Below the pieces are notes generated by a model, which was not told where the DNA came from, made no database searches, and worked only from the letters and a program-made list of their open reading frames with translations. The translations under genes and the position numbers were made by a program. DNA of 25,476 nucleotides. Source: Thermodesulfobacteriota bacterium. Lineage in GTDB: Bacteria > Desulfobacterota > Desulfobulbia > Desulfobulbales > SURF-16. The DNA is taken from the NCBI GenBank assembly GCA_040755455.1, contig JBFMAY010000049.1, positions 1 through 25,476 on the forward strand, written 5' to 3'. Position 1 is the stretch's first letter, and each line of letters opens with the position of its first letter. Positions 16,613 to 25,476 of this stretch are shown piece after piece.

Positions 16613-17143
16613 ATGAAAAAACGAAATCTGTTAGTTGCCTTTATCCTTGCCCTATCCTTGCTCCAACCTGTCTATGCGGCTGACGAGCATGGCGGCCACG
16701 ACATGACTGGTCACGATATGGGCGGTCATGACATGGGCAGCCACGATACGGGAACGATGGATCATGCGACCCAGATGGGTGAGCAGATCAATGAAGCCAC
16801 GGTGGAGGGCTATCGCCTGACCTACCAGCTCATCGACAACCTGGCGAATCTGGCCACGGCGCAGCAGGCGGGCAAGGCGGCAAATGTCGACCTGTCCAAG
16901 GTCAAGTCCCACCATCTCATGCTGCATATTGTCGCCGCGGACGGCGCTCAGGTTGAAAACGGCAAGGTGGGCTTTCTGATCAAAGGGCCGGACGGCGTCG
17001 AGCAGACCGTCATGACCATGTCCATGTCAGGGGGCTACGGGGCGGACATCGACCTCAGGACCCCGGGCAGCTACACCATCAAAAGCAAGTCCGCCTTGGG
17101 CGATAAAAACCTGATCGATCAGTTTACTTACACCCGAAAATAG
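16613..17143 (+). CDS. Periplasmic His/Met-rich metal-binding protein (176 aa)
   Basis: AGGAG RBS, ATG 16613; signal peptide ending VYA; GHDM repeats; SHHLM motif. Confidence 0.8.
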   Translation: MKKRNLLVAFILALSLLQPVYAADEHGGHDMTGHDMGGHDMGSHDTGTMDHATQMGEQINEATVEGYRLTYQLIDNLANLATAQQAGKAANVDLSKVKSHHLMLHIVAADGAQVENGKVGFLIKGPDGVEQTVMTMSMSGGYGADIDLRTPGSYTIKSKSALGDKNLIDQFTYTRK

Positions 17144-17396
17144 TGAAGAAGGCTCTTGTTGGGAAATAGAGATTGGGGTAATATGCCTCCAGCCCTTCCT
17201 TGTTGATATTATTGATTTTTTGGTCAAACCACCAACACCAGAAACAGAAAGGTTTTCAACTATTAAGTTCAAAAATATCAACTTGTTATCATATTTTTCA
17301 GGACAAACAGCTCACCCGGAAGGTTCAGTAATGATGCTTTTTTATTGAGATGCTCCGCTGGAGAAATAACGTTTTTATAAACAGTCATCGATAGCA

Positions 17397-18422
17397 ATGA
17401 CAGATGCAGAGCATAAAGTGAAATCCGATCAGACTGCTTTTTTTTCCAGCGATATCCCGGTCCGGCTATCGTACGTCATCATGTTTCTGGCCCTGGCCTT
17501 TGTCGGCTGGCTGCATCTGACCACCCTCATGCTTACCGGTCTGTTCGCCATCTTTGCCCTGCGGAAATTCTGTTACGGCGGCCGCAAGTGGTTATCCATC
17601 ATCCTCTGCGCCCTGCTGCTGGCCGCTTTTGGCTATGGCTTCTATCTTTTTTTCCGCAACGCGGTAACCGAGCTGCCGCAGATCGCCCGTCATTCCATCC
17701 CCGTGGTCATTGAATACGCGGAAAAAATCGGCATCGACCCCAGGTTCGCCAACTTCGCGGAGTTGAAGGGCAAGGCCCTGGAATTCGCCATGGACAAACT
17801 GGACAACATCGGCAAGTACACCCAGTTCATCCTGGTGCACCTCATCAATTTCATCATCGGCCTGGTCATCGCGGTCGGCGTTTTCCTCAGTTCCCGCCCC
17901 GCCCCGGACGAGGAACCGGCCGCCATCCGCAACAACCTGTACGACCGGACCTTTGCCGAACTGATGGCGCGGGCTCATACCTTCTACGCCAGTTTCGCCA
18001 CGGTCATGGGGGCGCAGCTCCTCATCTCGTTCATCAACTTCCTCCTGACCCTGGTGTTTCTGCTCTGGAACCATTATCCGTTTGCCATGGTGCTTTCCGG
18101 GTTGACCTTTGTCTTCGGTCTCATGCCGATTGTGGGTAATCTGATCAGCAATACGCTTATTCTCAGCGTCGGGCTGACCATATCACCCCGCATGGCGCTG
18201 TGGGCGCTTATTTTTCTGGTGGCGATCCACAAGCTGGAATTTTTCCTGAACAGCAAGATCATCGGCCATCACATCAAGAACCCGATGTGGCTGACCCTGC
18301 TTGGACTGATCCTCGGCGAAAAGCTGATGGGCATTCCGGGGATGATTATCGCGCCGGTGGTGCTCCACTACATCAAGGTCGAGGCCTCCCGTGGCACCCT
18401 GCCGGATGCCTCCGTTCACTGA
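17397..18422 (+). CDS. AI-2E (PerM/TqsA) family transporter
   Basis: Multiple TM segments; GLMPIVGN, HKLEFFLNSKIIG and MGIPGMIIAP motifs. Confidence 0.9.
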   Translation: MTDAEHKVKSDQTAFFSSDIPVRLSYVIMFLALAFVGWLHLTTLMLTGLFAIFALRKFCYGGRKWLSIILCALLLAAFGYGFYLFFRNAVTELPQIARHSIPVVIEYAEKIGIDPRFANFAELKGKALEFAMDKLDNIGKYTQFILVHLINFIIGLVIAVGVFLSSRPAPDEEPAAIRNNLYDRTFAELMARAHTFYASFATVMGAQLLISFINFLLTLVFLLWNHYPFAMVLSGLTFVFGLMPIVGNLISNTLILSVGLTISPRMALWALIFLVAIHKLEFFLNSKIIGHHIKNPMWLTLLGLILGEKLMGIPGMIIAPVVLHYIKVEASRGTLPDASVH

Positions 18423-20089
18423 GGGGTGATGTCGGGCAGCCCGGCTTGCTCCAACACGGAGAGGCCGGGCCCCTCAGTTTTTGCTGCGCTCCGGCGGACA
18501 GCCATTGGCAGGAAGGCGACCAGGGCGAGACCTTCTGCTCCCCCTGCTTCTGCATCAAGGGAAAGACTTTCAGCGCGTCTGCCCCGGCCGAATGCCACCA
18601 CCGCCTCCCACAACTCCGCCGCATGGTCCGGCGGGGCAAGGCCGATTTCCCGGCCGAAATATTCCTGCTGGTGCAAGGCCTGGGGCTTCTGGATGGCGAT
18701 GGTATACTCTGCCGCGGGGTCGATGGTGGTGGGTCCCCAATAGGCGAAGCCGGATAACGCCGTGCCGGCGCGGAGCAGATCGGTTCCTGTTCCTCTGATC
18801 AGGTACAGACTGCTGAACCCCGGATGTCCTGCCGGTTCACGCTCCACAGGGAAGGCGTCCAGAATATCCTGCTGGGTCAGGCCGCCGGTCTGCCACTCTT
18901 TCCAGGCCGCATGGCCGCTGACAAAGGCCGCATCGGCCCCCAGGGTTTCCACCGCGGCCCGGGCGGCAATGAGCGCCATGTTTTTTTTGCTCTGCCCGGC
19001 GCTGATGCTGGCGAAATCCGCGCGAATCGCCTCCTGAAAAGGGGCGAGGATTCTTTGCACCTCCCGGTCCAGCTGCGCATGGACCGGCGTCTCTCCCTCC
19101 CGGTTGTCCACCAGGACGAAACGGCCGGCAGTGATCCGTTTGTCCCGCAGATCGAAGTCGAGGTCGAACCGGCCGATTTTTTCGGCATAGGCGCCGGCAT
19201 GGATGATGGTCGTATCATTGACCCGCAGCGACTCAGTCATCATGCTATGCGTATGCCCGCCCAGAATCAGGTCGATGCCCCGGGTCTGTTCGGCAAGCGC
19301 AATATCCTCCGGCAGCCCCAGGTGGCTGACCAGCACCAGCAGGTCCACTTCCTGCCGATGCCTGGCGATTATTTCATTGGCGATGGCCAGGTAATCGAAG
19401 TCGGACCGCAGTTCAGGCCGGTCGGCATAGAAAGGGCCTTCATATTGTTCATCCTTTGCATTCCACGGCCGGGAAACCAGGCCAAAAAAACCGATTCTCA
19501 CGCAGCCCACCGAAAGCTCGGCATAGTCCACCCAGCCGGAACCGCTGCCGCTCATTTTCGTGTTGGCAGCGACCACGACGGCCTGCGGGTCATGGCTGAA
19601 GGCCAGCAGCTCCGCAAGCCCCCAGGCGAAATCGTGATTGCCCAGGGTGCGGACATCATACTGCACTGCCTGCACCACCTGCCGCGTCGTGCGCCCCTGG
19701 GAGAGTTCCTCGGCAATGGAGCCTTTTTCGTAATCATCACCGGCATTGGTGAACACGGTAAAAGGGTTTTCCCTGCGCACCTGTTCAACGAAGCCCCGCA
19801 CTCGGGCCAGCGGGCTGGACCCGTCCGGTGCAGGATTATAGCGGGCATGCACATCAGCGACATGGACGAAGGATATGGTCTGGGAGTCCGCCTCCCGGCT
19901 GCACGTGGGCCAGCGGAAGGTCGAGGGGCCGTATTCGTCCTCGATGGCCAGGCACTGCCCCGCCGTCTGGCCGCCGACCAGCAGGATAAGCAGGAAAATA
20001 AACCACGGTCCGCGCAAGCACCGGCCAACCGGGAAATCCCGACAACGCTGCACCGATGTTGACAGCTTGCATGCGATGTTCATCTGCAC
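18416..20089 (-). CDS. Exported 5'-nucleotidase/metallophosphoesterase (UshA-like)
   Basis: DVH, AGD, LGNHDF, SHLG and GGHTH motifs; AGGAGG RBS before GTG 20089 / ATG 20083; hydrophobic leader. Confidence 0.85.
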   Translation of the reverse strand: MQMNIACKLSTSVQRCRDFPVGRCLRGPWFIFLLILLVGGQTAGQCLAIEDEYGPSTFRWPTCSREADSQTISFVHVADVHARYNPAPDGSSPLARVRGFVEQVRRENPFTVFTNAGDDYEKGSIAEELSQGRTTRQVVQAVQYDVRTLGNHDFAWGLAELLAFSHDPQAVVVAANTKMSGSGSGWVDYAELSVGCVRIGFFGLVSRPWNAKDEQYEGPFYADRPELRSDFDYLAIANEIIARHRQEVDLLVLVSHLGLPEDIALAEQTRGIDLILGGHTHSMMTESLRVNDTTIIHAGAYAEKIGRFDLDFDLRDKRITAGRFVLVDNREGETPVHAQLDREVQRILAPFQEAIRADFASISAGQSKKNMALIAARAAVETLGADAAFVSGHAAWKEWQTGGLTQQDILDAFPVEREPAGHPGFSSLYLIRGTGTDLLRAGTALSGFAYWGPTTIDPAAEYTIAIQKPQALHQQEYFGREIGLAPPDHAAELWEAVVAFGRGRRAESLSLDAEAGGAEGLALVAFLPMAVRRSAAKTEGPGLSVLEQAGLPDITPQ

Positions 20090-20370
20090 AGGGTCCTCCT
20101 TGGGCAAAACTCATTTTTCCCTTCAGGCCTCGAACCTCTTTTCTCAATCACTGAATATCCTGCTTTTCTTATGCATGCCAAAAGTTAGGCTGCGATTAAA
20201 AGATGATTAAAAAAAGATTTGCTGTGGCCGGATGCAAAAAAAACGTGCTATGTTTCCCCTGCATTATTATGGTTTCGGCAACAGCATGGCCGTTGCGCCT
20301 GGGGGGGATGGCCTGCCGATGGTGATGCCGTTTACGGCCCTTTGCCGCTCCAGTATTGCCGAGATAATCG

Positions 20371-21999
20371 ATGAAGAAATCCTCAATCAATACAATCAAA
20401 ATACTGGCCGGGGCCGGGGCACTGTTGTCCGTCCTGGCCGGCTGCCAATTGTTCAGGCACGACGACGGGCCGGCCCCCGGACGCTGGCTGGCAGGGGATT
20501 TCCACAACCACACCGTGCTCACCGACGGCAGCCAGACCCCGGACGAGGTCTTCGCCCATGCCTTTCAGTTCGGCCTCGACTGGCTGGCCAACTCCGAGCA
20601 TGGCGGGGCATTTGCCCACAACCCCGCTGGTCAACCGTGGCCGGCCGCCACCGTCCTGCCCGATGCTCCGCCGGAGGGCGCCATGTGGCGCTGGCAGTCC
20701 CTGTGGCAGCACTCCTTCCCCATCGTGGCCCGGACCCGGGCTGCCTTCCCGGACAAACTCATTGTCCAGGGATATGAATGGAATGTGCCGGCCCATGACC
20801 ATGCCAGCGTCGCGATCATCGGCCCGGCCGAGCAGGAAGGCCTGGCCATTGCCCGCCACGAGTACCTGTTCGACCGGGATGACACCGGCGCCACGGCGCA
20901 CAGCCAGCTTGGCGTGGGCGGAAAGAGCACGGCAAACAATCACGACAAGGCAGTGGCCGGCGTCAGTTGGCTGGCGGCCAACTACCCGTCGAACAGCTAT
21001 TTCCTCATCAACCATCCCTCCCGCCAGCTGGCTTACCCCATCGCCGCCATCCGCGACTTCAATAACGCGGCCCCGGACGTGGCCTTCGGCTTCGAGGGCA
21101 TGCCCGGCCACCAGAAGCTGGCGGACCGTGGCGCATACAACACCGGCCCCTGGCGGGATGCCGCCGGCCGGGATGTGACCAGCAAGGCCCGCACATACGG
21201 CGGCGCGGATTTCATGCTGGCCAGAATCGGCGGCCCATGGGACGCCCTGCTCGGCGAGGGCCGCCGCTTCTTCACCTTTGTCAATTCCGATTTTCACAGC
21301 CCGGCCCACGACTTCTGGCCCGGCGAATACGCCAGAATCCATACCTTTGTGCCGGACCAAAACCATGACAACACATATTCCCCCGGCGAACTGCTGGCCG
21401 GGCTGCGCTCCGGCAACTCCTTCATCGCCCACGGCGGCCTGATCGACGGCCTGCGCTTGACCGCCCAATGTAGTGGGCGGACGATGGAGATGGGCGGCAT
21501 CCTTGCAGCCGGCGCCGGTTGTGATCTGCAGTTGACCATCCGCTTCCACAGTCCGGCGAAAAACAACAGCGGCGCGGCGATGACCGTGGATCACATCGAT
21601 CTGATCGCGGGCGAAATACGGGGCAAGGCGGCCAGGTATCTGGGGGACGGGACCACGCCCAACCCTGACTATGACAAGGACAGCAACGAAACCGCCAGGG
21701 TGGTGGCCACCTTTACGCGGCGGGATTGGCGGGAGGATGAGGCGGACACGGCGAGGCAGAACAATGGCGAAGGGCAAGGCGGCGAAGGCTGGCACACGAT
21801 CAATTACCACCTGGGCCGCCCGGACCGGGACATGTATTTCCGGCTGCGCGGCACCAATCTCGGCCGCGGCGTGGCCAATGAGACCGACGATGAGGGCAAC
21901 CCGTTAAGCGACGAACTCATGACGCCCAACACGGCGGACAGGGCCTATGCCGATCTCTGGTTCTACTCAAACCCGGTTTTTGTCCGGGTGGCGCCGTAA
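20371..21999 (+). CDS. PHP-like (CehA/McbA-type) metallohydrolase lipoprotein
   Basis: LAGC lipobox; WLAGDFHNHT..DG, SEH, INHP, NSDFH and YSNPVF motifs. Confidence 0.82.
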   Translation: MKKSSINTIKILAGAGALLSVLAGCQLFRHDDGPAPGRWLAGDFHNHTVLTDGSQTPDEVFAHAFQFGLDWLANSEHGGAFAHNPAGQPWPAATVLPDAPPEGAMWRWQSLWQHSFPIVARTRAAFPDKLIVQGYEWNVPAHDHASVAIIGPAEQEGLAIARHEYLFDRDDTGATAHSQLGVGGKSTANNHDKAVAGVSWLAANYPSNSYFLINHPSRQLAYPIAAIRDFNNAAPDVAFGFEGMPGHQKLADRGAYNTGPWRDAAGRDVTSKARTYGGADFMLARIGGPWDALLGEGRRFFTFVNSDFHSPAHDFWPGEYARIHTFVPDQNHDNTYSPGELLAGLRSGNSFIAHGGLIDGLRLTAQCSGRTMEMGGILAAGAGCDLQLTIRFHSPAKNNSGAAMTVDHIDLIAGEIRGKAARYLGDGTTPNPDYDKDSNETARVVATFTRRDWREDEADTARQNNGEGQGGEGWHTINYHLGRPDRDMYFRLRGTNLGRGVANETDDEGNPLSDELMTPNTADRAYADLWFYSNPVFVRVAP

Positions 22000-22095
22000 G
22001 CCGCTGTGAGTGAAAGAAATTCAGCAGTGCTCACCCTGAGTTTAAACAATTAGCCGTTGTAAAAAAATAATAACCAATTCACAGGAAAACCTCGG

Positions 22096-22836
22096 ATGAT
22101 CTCTGAAAAAGAAAAAAAGAGCCTCGAACAACTGCTCAGCCTGGCGGTTAACCAGGATTACGATGATCTCTCCCTGACGGAACTGCTGGGATTTTTCTAT
22201 GGAGTGGCCATCACCCCGGAGGTGATCGTGCCAAGTGAATGGCTGGCGGCATTATTCGGGGAGGAAATGCCGGAATTCCCATCGGAAAAAGAGGCAAAAT
22301 CAAGCCTTGATACGCTGTTTCTGGTATATAACAGGTACGCCAATGCCTTTCATAACGGCGAGCTGACCTTTCCCTACAATATGGCTGATCCGGACGGCTG
22401 GGAACTGGAGGAGGCCGAGGAGTGGGCCTACGGTTTTCATAAGGCCCTCATGCTGCGGCCCGAATGCTGGCTGCGGGAAGAGATACCTCTCATGGCGGAT
22501 GAGGATGGGGAAAACATGTCCTGCCTGGCAGTCATCACCGCCATTGCCGAGCCGGAAAGCGCAGGCGAGCTTTTTGCAGGGGCTCCCGGCCCTGATGAAG
22601 AGGATATTCACTTCTGGGCCGTTCTCTTTTCCTTATTGCCGGCTGCTGTCCAGTCGCTGCAGAACCATGCGGTAAAACTTGACAAGGAGCGGCAGGCCAG
22701 CCTGCAGGAGATCCAGCACCTGGGCCGGCCGGTTCATGCGGCGCAAATCAGCCGCAATGATCCCTGCCCGTGCGGCAGCGGCAAAAAGTATAAGAAATGC
22801 TGCCTCAAAGGTGAGAAGATCGTGCCGCTGCACTGA
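22096..22836 (+). CDS. UPF0149/YecA family protein with C-terminal SEC-C motif
   Basis: [20 protein letters not shown] and [17 protein letters not shown] motifs. Confidence 0.9.
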   Translation: MISEKEKKSLEQLLSLAVNQDYDDLSLTELLGFFYGVAITPEVIVPSEWLAALFGEEMPEFPSEKEAKSSLDTLFLVYNRYANAFHNGELTFPYNMADPDGWELEEAEEWAYGFHKALMLRPECWLREEIPLMADEDGENMSCLAVITAIAEPESAGELFAGAPGPDEEDIHFWAVLFSLLPAAVQSLQNHAVKLDKERQASLQEIQHLGRPVHAAQISRNDPCPCGSGKKYKKCCLKGEKIVPLH

Positions 22837-22997
22837 GGCGAGACCAACGGGGCTATCGCAGACGCCGACAGAGTACTGGAACTGCTGGAGGGGGGAGCGT
22901 CAGGCTGCTGCATACGATGGGAGAGGGCAGGTAAGTGTTGTGTCCGGAACCTGCATTATCTTAGATTCCCATTTGTAGATGAATGTTGCGTTAAGCC

Positions 22998-23873
22998 TTA
23001 TATTACTTTATTAAAGTCCACTTGATAGCCCACTGCCCTCAGTTCCTTTGCTAGATCAATCTGCCAACTTCCTGTATCCATAGAAGTGTACACAATGTCT
23101 GCAATATCATTTGGTGTTTCGACTTGTCCTTTTACCAGCGGGCAAACTCTGGAGCGCCCCAATTTCCCGATAAGAAACCCGTGTTCAAAAACAACGTTTT
23201 GCCTTGCTCTACCTTTCAAATCAGGGGGTGTTGTGGTGTTTATTGCACCAATATCGCAAGGTGTATAAATGACAATACCGAACCCTACATTTGAATATGA
23301 TTCGATTTTTTCTATTATTGTTCTACTTCCACTTGCTTGCTCATGTAAGATGATCGGCTCAAACCCTATTTTTTCAACAAACCTCGCGACTTCAAGCTTT
23401 GCAGATTCGTCGCGCCCATGAACAATAAAAATTTGATTCTCATTGAGAGTGTTAGATGGTTGAGCAGACACAAAGCCACTATTTTGTAAATTTTTCACAG
23501 GAATGAGCTCTAAACGTTCGATTATTGACTCCAACCTATGATTTTTTGTGTCTATTTTTTCATAAAATTCTTCCACTTCCTCACGAAGATGTTTCTGTTG
23601 AAACACCAAAACGGGTACTCCAACTAATGAACTGTATTGCTGGCACAGTTCTTCCGATGAAAACAATCGTTTTAGCAGCTCTTTGTTGAAATCGTCCCAC
23701 TTGTCATATTGTTTTTCTGAGTCATCAAGTTCACGGGCCGTATTTATCGCCTTTTTCCTTATTTCTTTCCCCTTCGCGATCCTTTCATTGAGCTTTGTTT
23801 CTGCTTCATTTCGCTCAACTAGCAGCTCCAATGGTATCTTTGGTTCAGGAGGGTTTGTACGTTTTCTAGCCAT
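22998..23873 (-). CDS. TIR-like nucleotide-binding domain protein (Cap12/Pycsar-type TIR) with N-terminal helical region
   Basis: IFIVHGRD, PIILHEQ, TIIEKIE and RARQNVVFEHG motifs; AT-rich; GGAG RBS. Confidence 0.88.
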   Translation of the reverse strand: MARKRTNPPEPKIPLELLVERNEAETKLNERIAKGKEIRKKAINTARELDDSEKQYDKWDDFNKELLKRLFSSEELCQQYSSLVGVPVLVFQQKHLREEVEEFYEKIDTKNHRLESIIERLELIPVKNLQNSGFVSAQPSNTLNENQIFIVHGRDESAKLEVARFVEKIGFEPIILHEQASGSRTIIEKIESYSNVGFGIVIYTPCDIGAINTTTPPDLKGRARQNVVFEHGFLIGKLGRSRVCPLVKGQVETPNDIADIVYTSMDTGSWQIDLAKELRAVGYQVDFNKVI

Positions 23874-23911
23874 GTTTGCTCCGATAATATGAAGGGCTTA
23901 TCAGTGTTTAC

Positions 23912-24076
23912 TAAGTGGAAATTTTCCATAATATCAACTCATATAGACGGACAAATTTTCCACTTATTTCAATATTAAGGCTAAAATATGGACAAAAACC
24001 CCTTTTTTTGTCCACTTATTACATTTCGTTGTGCTGGTTTCCACTTATTGCGATATTACAGGCAAAATATGGAAAA
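23912..24076. repeat. Array of TCCACTTA/TCCATA half-sites in direct and inverted orientation (res-site- or operator-like)
   Basis: TCCACTTATT at 23959, 24011 and 24040; TAAGTGGA at 23912; AATATGGA at 23985 and 24066. Confidence 0.6.
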
Positions 24077-24580
24077 CATGGAGAAGCCAGCCATAATACT
24101 GACCTGTCTGGCAGCAAGGAAGTTCAGCCCTTGATTTCCTGGCCCCTTTGCCACCCTTTCTCTCTGCCCCATTTTCCCATGGGAATCAAATAGCTGCCCA
24201 TAAAAAGCCAAACTCTAATTCATAAATTTTGCAAGAAAAAAAACTACTAAAGGATGACAGGGCGATAAAAAAGACAAACCGGCGGTATTCGATATCGCCC
24301 TTCAGTTTCCCGCCATGACTCAGGCACCATCAGCAGGAGATCCCGGCAAATGCCTGCCCCCACGCAGAGAAACCTTTCCTTAAACCTGCCAAGAACGATT
24401 CCGCACAGACAAAAAACACCAAGAAAATCATGCTTGCAATGCTCGATTTTCATGGCATCATATTGCCATGATCCTGTGAACCTCCTTCCTCGGACGCGGC
24501 ACAGCGCGGCGATGTTTGTTTCCCCCCGCAAGTTCAAGATAGGCCGCAACGTTGATGGAGCCAAAAAACATGCAGCCATT

Positions 24581-24694
24581 CCTGCCAATGTAGTGACTGC
24601 CGTGCAGGCCATTGCGGACATAAAGGATATTACTTACGATGAGGTGCGGGAAACGGTGCGGGAAAACACCCGGAAGCTGTACAGGGATCTCTAA
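24581..24694 (+). pseudogene. C-terminal remnant of a TatD-family hydrolase
   Basis: PANVVTAVQAIADIKDITYDEVRETVRENTRKLY matches the TatD C-terminal pattern; no upstream TatD motifs in frame. Confidence 0.6.
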
Positions 24695-24768
24695 AAGATC
24701 AGGAGAAGTCATGCGGCTCGGGCCTGTCGGCCCATGCGGCCCGCCGCCGCCGTGAGATTGTATGCAAA

Positions 24769-25296
24769 TCAAGCCGGGCAGCAATCAGGAAGGCAATTCA
24801 GCCATTCTTGCGGGTTAAGGTCGAGTTTCTCAGGCTGCTCATTTTTTTTCCGCTTTGCAGGCAGCTCTTTAAACATCTTGAGGACACCGCCGCAAATCAT
24901 ATGATTCGCCTGCTCTGAGGCATACATCATGTAAATTGACCGTAAAAGCCGGTCATGCGCCTCGCCAATCTCTTTTTTGCCGTTCTCCCATCTTGAAATA
25001 GTGGAAGTGGTAACGCCCAGCAGCGCCGCCAGTTCTTTCGCCTTCAGATGCAAATCCTTCCTGAGAAATTTAATTTCCGCTGCTTTCAACAGCGCTTGCC
25101 GTTTCTGGCAGATATGCGCGCCGATAAGTCTGTGAAGTTTTTGCATGTTTGGGATAGACGCATATTCCTCCCCGCATGCCGGGCAAACATATTGAGTTAC
25201 GCCATGCAAAACGACATCAAGCCCACACTCGTTGTAGTTGTATGGCTTATCTTTTATTACCCGGATGTCCTCGCCGCATGAATAGCATTTATTCAT
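24769..25296 (-). CDS. MqsA/YgiT-type zinc-finger plus XRE-HTH antitoxin
   Basis: CYSC..CPACGE zinc finger; IKFLRKDLHLKAKELAALLGVTTSTISRWENG HTH; ATG 25296. Confidence 0.88.
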   Translation of the reverse strand: MNKCYSCGEDIRVIKDKPYNYNECGLDVVLHGVTQYVCPACGEEYASIPNMQKLHRLIGAHICQKRQALLKAAEIKFLRKDLHLKAKELAALLGVTTSTISRWENGKKEIGEAHDRLLRSIYMMYASEQANHMICGGVLKMFKELPAKRKKNEQPEKLDLNPQEWLNCLPDCCPA

Positions 25297-25309
25297 TGTG
25301 TTCACCTTT

Positions 25310-25350
25310 TCACCCTAAAACCGTTATTATGACACAAGCCTGCAGACTTA
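25310..25350 (-). pseudogene. 3' remnant of a probable toxin gene (DUF4258-like C-terminus)
   Basis: ...SLQACVIITVLG* ends 13 nt before the antitoxin ATG; the frame is closed upstream, near the putative IS end. Confidence 0.45.
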
Positions 25351-25476
25351 GATCTTATTCGTAAATAAAAGCGGTTTTTTCTTTGCAAAACAGCTATAAT
25401 TCACCCCATCCAGTAAATCTTATAAAGGAGGTGAATATGGCGCGCATACAAGCATGGGAGGTCTCCGACTCTTTTT
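25349..25476 (+). mobile_element. Left end of a probable IS5-family element (truncated by the window)
   Basis: Candidate IR TAGATCTTATTCGTAAATAA, TATAAT at 25395, AAGGAGGT RBS, transposase-like N-terminus. Confidence 0.55.
25437..25476 (+). CDS. IS5-family transposase N-terminus (partial)
   Basis: MARIQAWEVSDSF after a strong RBS; resembles the WEVSD-x-x-W start of IS5 transposases; only 13 codons visible. Confidence 0.55.
   Translation, partial: MARIQAWEVSDSF

Noticed and set aside
13944..21810. Long antisense ORFs (e.g. 13944-14957, 15195-16340, 18824-20062, 20383-21810)
   Set aside because: Shadow frames of GC-rich genes on the opposite strand, with no recognisable motifs.
22930..22990. 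GTAAGTGTTGTGTCC...TTCCCATTTGTAGATGAATGTTGCG as a REP or transposon end
   Set aside because: The resemblance is from memory only; there is no partner copy or transposase in the window to support it.

Overview
GC-rich bacterial chromosomal window; gene content suggests Desulfobacterota (inference). It starts with coaE, a MarC gene, a DUF502 gene and tRNA-Arg(CCT). An AT-rich ~2.3 kb island sits in this tRNA, bounded by a 46-bp duplication of the tRNA 3' half (1 mismatch), and it carries no integrase. The island consists of two ~1 kb units that share a non-coding scaffold but have unrelated genes. The scaffold is a GGGTACG repeat block, a hairpin resembling the target tRNA anticodon arm, and a 57-bp block with a DnaA box next to a sigma70 promoter. 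Unit 1 also encodes a 146-nt tRNA-like ncRNA. Downstream are an NMT1/THI5-type ABC transporter, a Cu/Ag RND efflux cluster (two TolC genes, CusB-like, CusA-like, His/Met-rich periplasmic protein), an AI-2E transporter, two divergent exported metallohydrolases and a YecA/SEC-C gene. The accessory right end holds a standalone TIR gene, a res-like repeat array, a TatD remnant, an MqsA-like antitoxin and the start of an IS5-like element that appears to cut the cognate toxin gene. All family calls come from motif recognition, not database searches.
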